NCBI GenBank assembly: GCA_044892505.1
Contig: CM097882.1
Location: 556,946,001-557,010,000 of the forward strand
Reading direction: 5' to 3'
DNA length: 64,000 bases
DNA from: Schmidtea nova
Taxonomy: Eukaryota
Shown piece by piece: positions 63,560-64,000 of the stretch (position 1 is the stretch's first letter; each line of letters starts with the position of its first letter). The notes below the pieces were generated by a model. The model did no database searches and was not told the DNA's origin. It was given only the letters and a program-made list of their open reading frames with translations. The translations under genes and the position numbers were made by a program.

Positions 63560-64000
63560 ATTACCAATCAAAATTATTAGCTCGTTGAACACTTTGAACT
63601 TGGGACACATCCTCCTGAACAAAAACTTGGACAAATAACCTGCCAAATATGTTTTGTGTATGTATGCTGAGGTCGTCTGGCGAAAGAAAATTCATCGAAT
63701 GGATAACCACACCATGCATGTAAATTCCTGAATTTTGTATCGATCGGTATGCGGCTCAACCCTCGCTGATGATCCTCGTTCCTGGTAGTATTCGTCTGTT
63801 TATAATTTCCAATAAAGTCTCGGCATTTCTATTTGGTACTACTTCCAAGAAACATTTCTTTGAGCCTCGTTCATACGCCCAAAAAACCCATTTATATGAA
63901 CCCAGGCGACCACGATTATATTTACGCTTAAAGAAGCATGATTCATCAATTTCAACTTCCAGTGGATTATCAGATTTATCAAGACCACCAATCGTTTCAT
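63560..64000 (-). pseudogene. Merlin / IS1595(ISXO2)-like DDE transposase remnant, running off the window edge
   Basis: VEIDESCFFKRKYNRGR...WVF...ER...CFLEVVPNRNAETLLEII...ILPGTRIISEG*AAY. Confidence 0.88.

Noticed and set aside
63905-63914. GGCGACCACG matching the gypsy PBS core
   Set aside because: It lacks the leading T and an adjacent LTR, and is the antisense of the RGR codons of the Merlin transposase.

Overview
AT-rich, transposon-dense metazoan genomic DNA with (TA)n and (TAA)n microsatellites and small N gaps. A planarian-like flatworm is my inference from the TE spectrum and is not proven. Host genes recognised: two exons of a myotubularin-related MTMR6/7/8 gene (minus strand, about 14.5-kb intron) and the terminal CUB exon of a probable tolloid/BMP1-like gene (minus strand). 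The best-resolved feature is a full-length Ty3/gypsy element (1823-6396, minus). It has identical 104-bp LTRs with AGT...ACT ends, a 5-bp TSD, a PBS overlapping the LTR, a gag ATG inside the LTR, and a U_UUA_AAC -1 frameshift site followed by a well-formed H-type pseudoknot. A second, diverged LTR with the same architecture sits at 95-195. The rest includes two fused gypsy chimeras, Tc1/mariner, pogo, hAT and Merlin remnants, MITEs, a Polinton-type DNA polymerase fragment, a NeSL/R2-like RLE retroposon 3' end, palindromes and minisatellites. I found no CRISPR array, rRNA or tRNA. All alignments and translations were done by eye.
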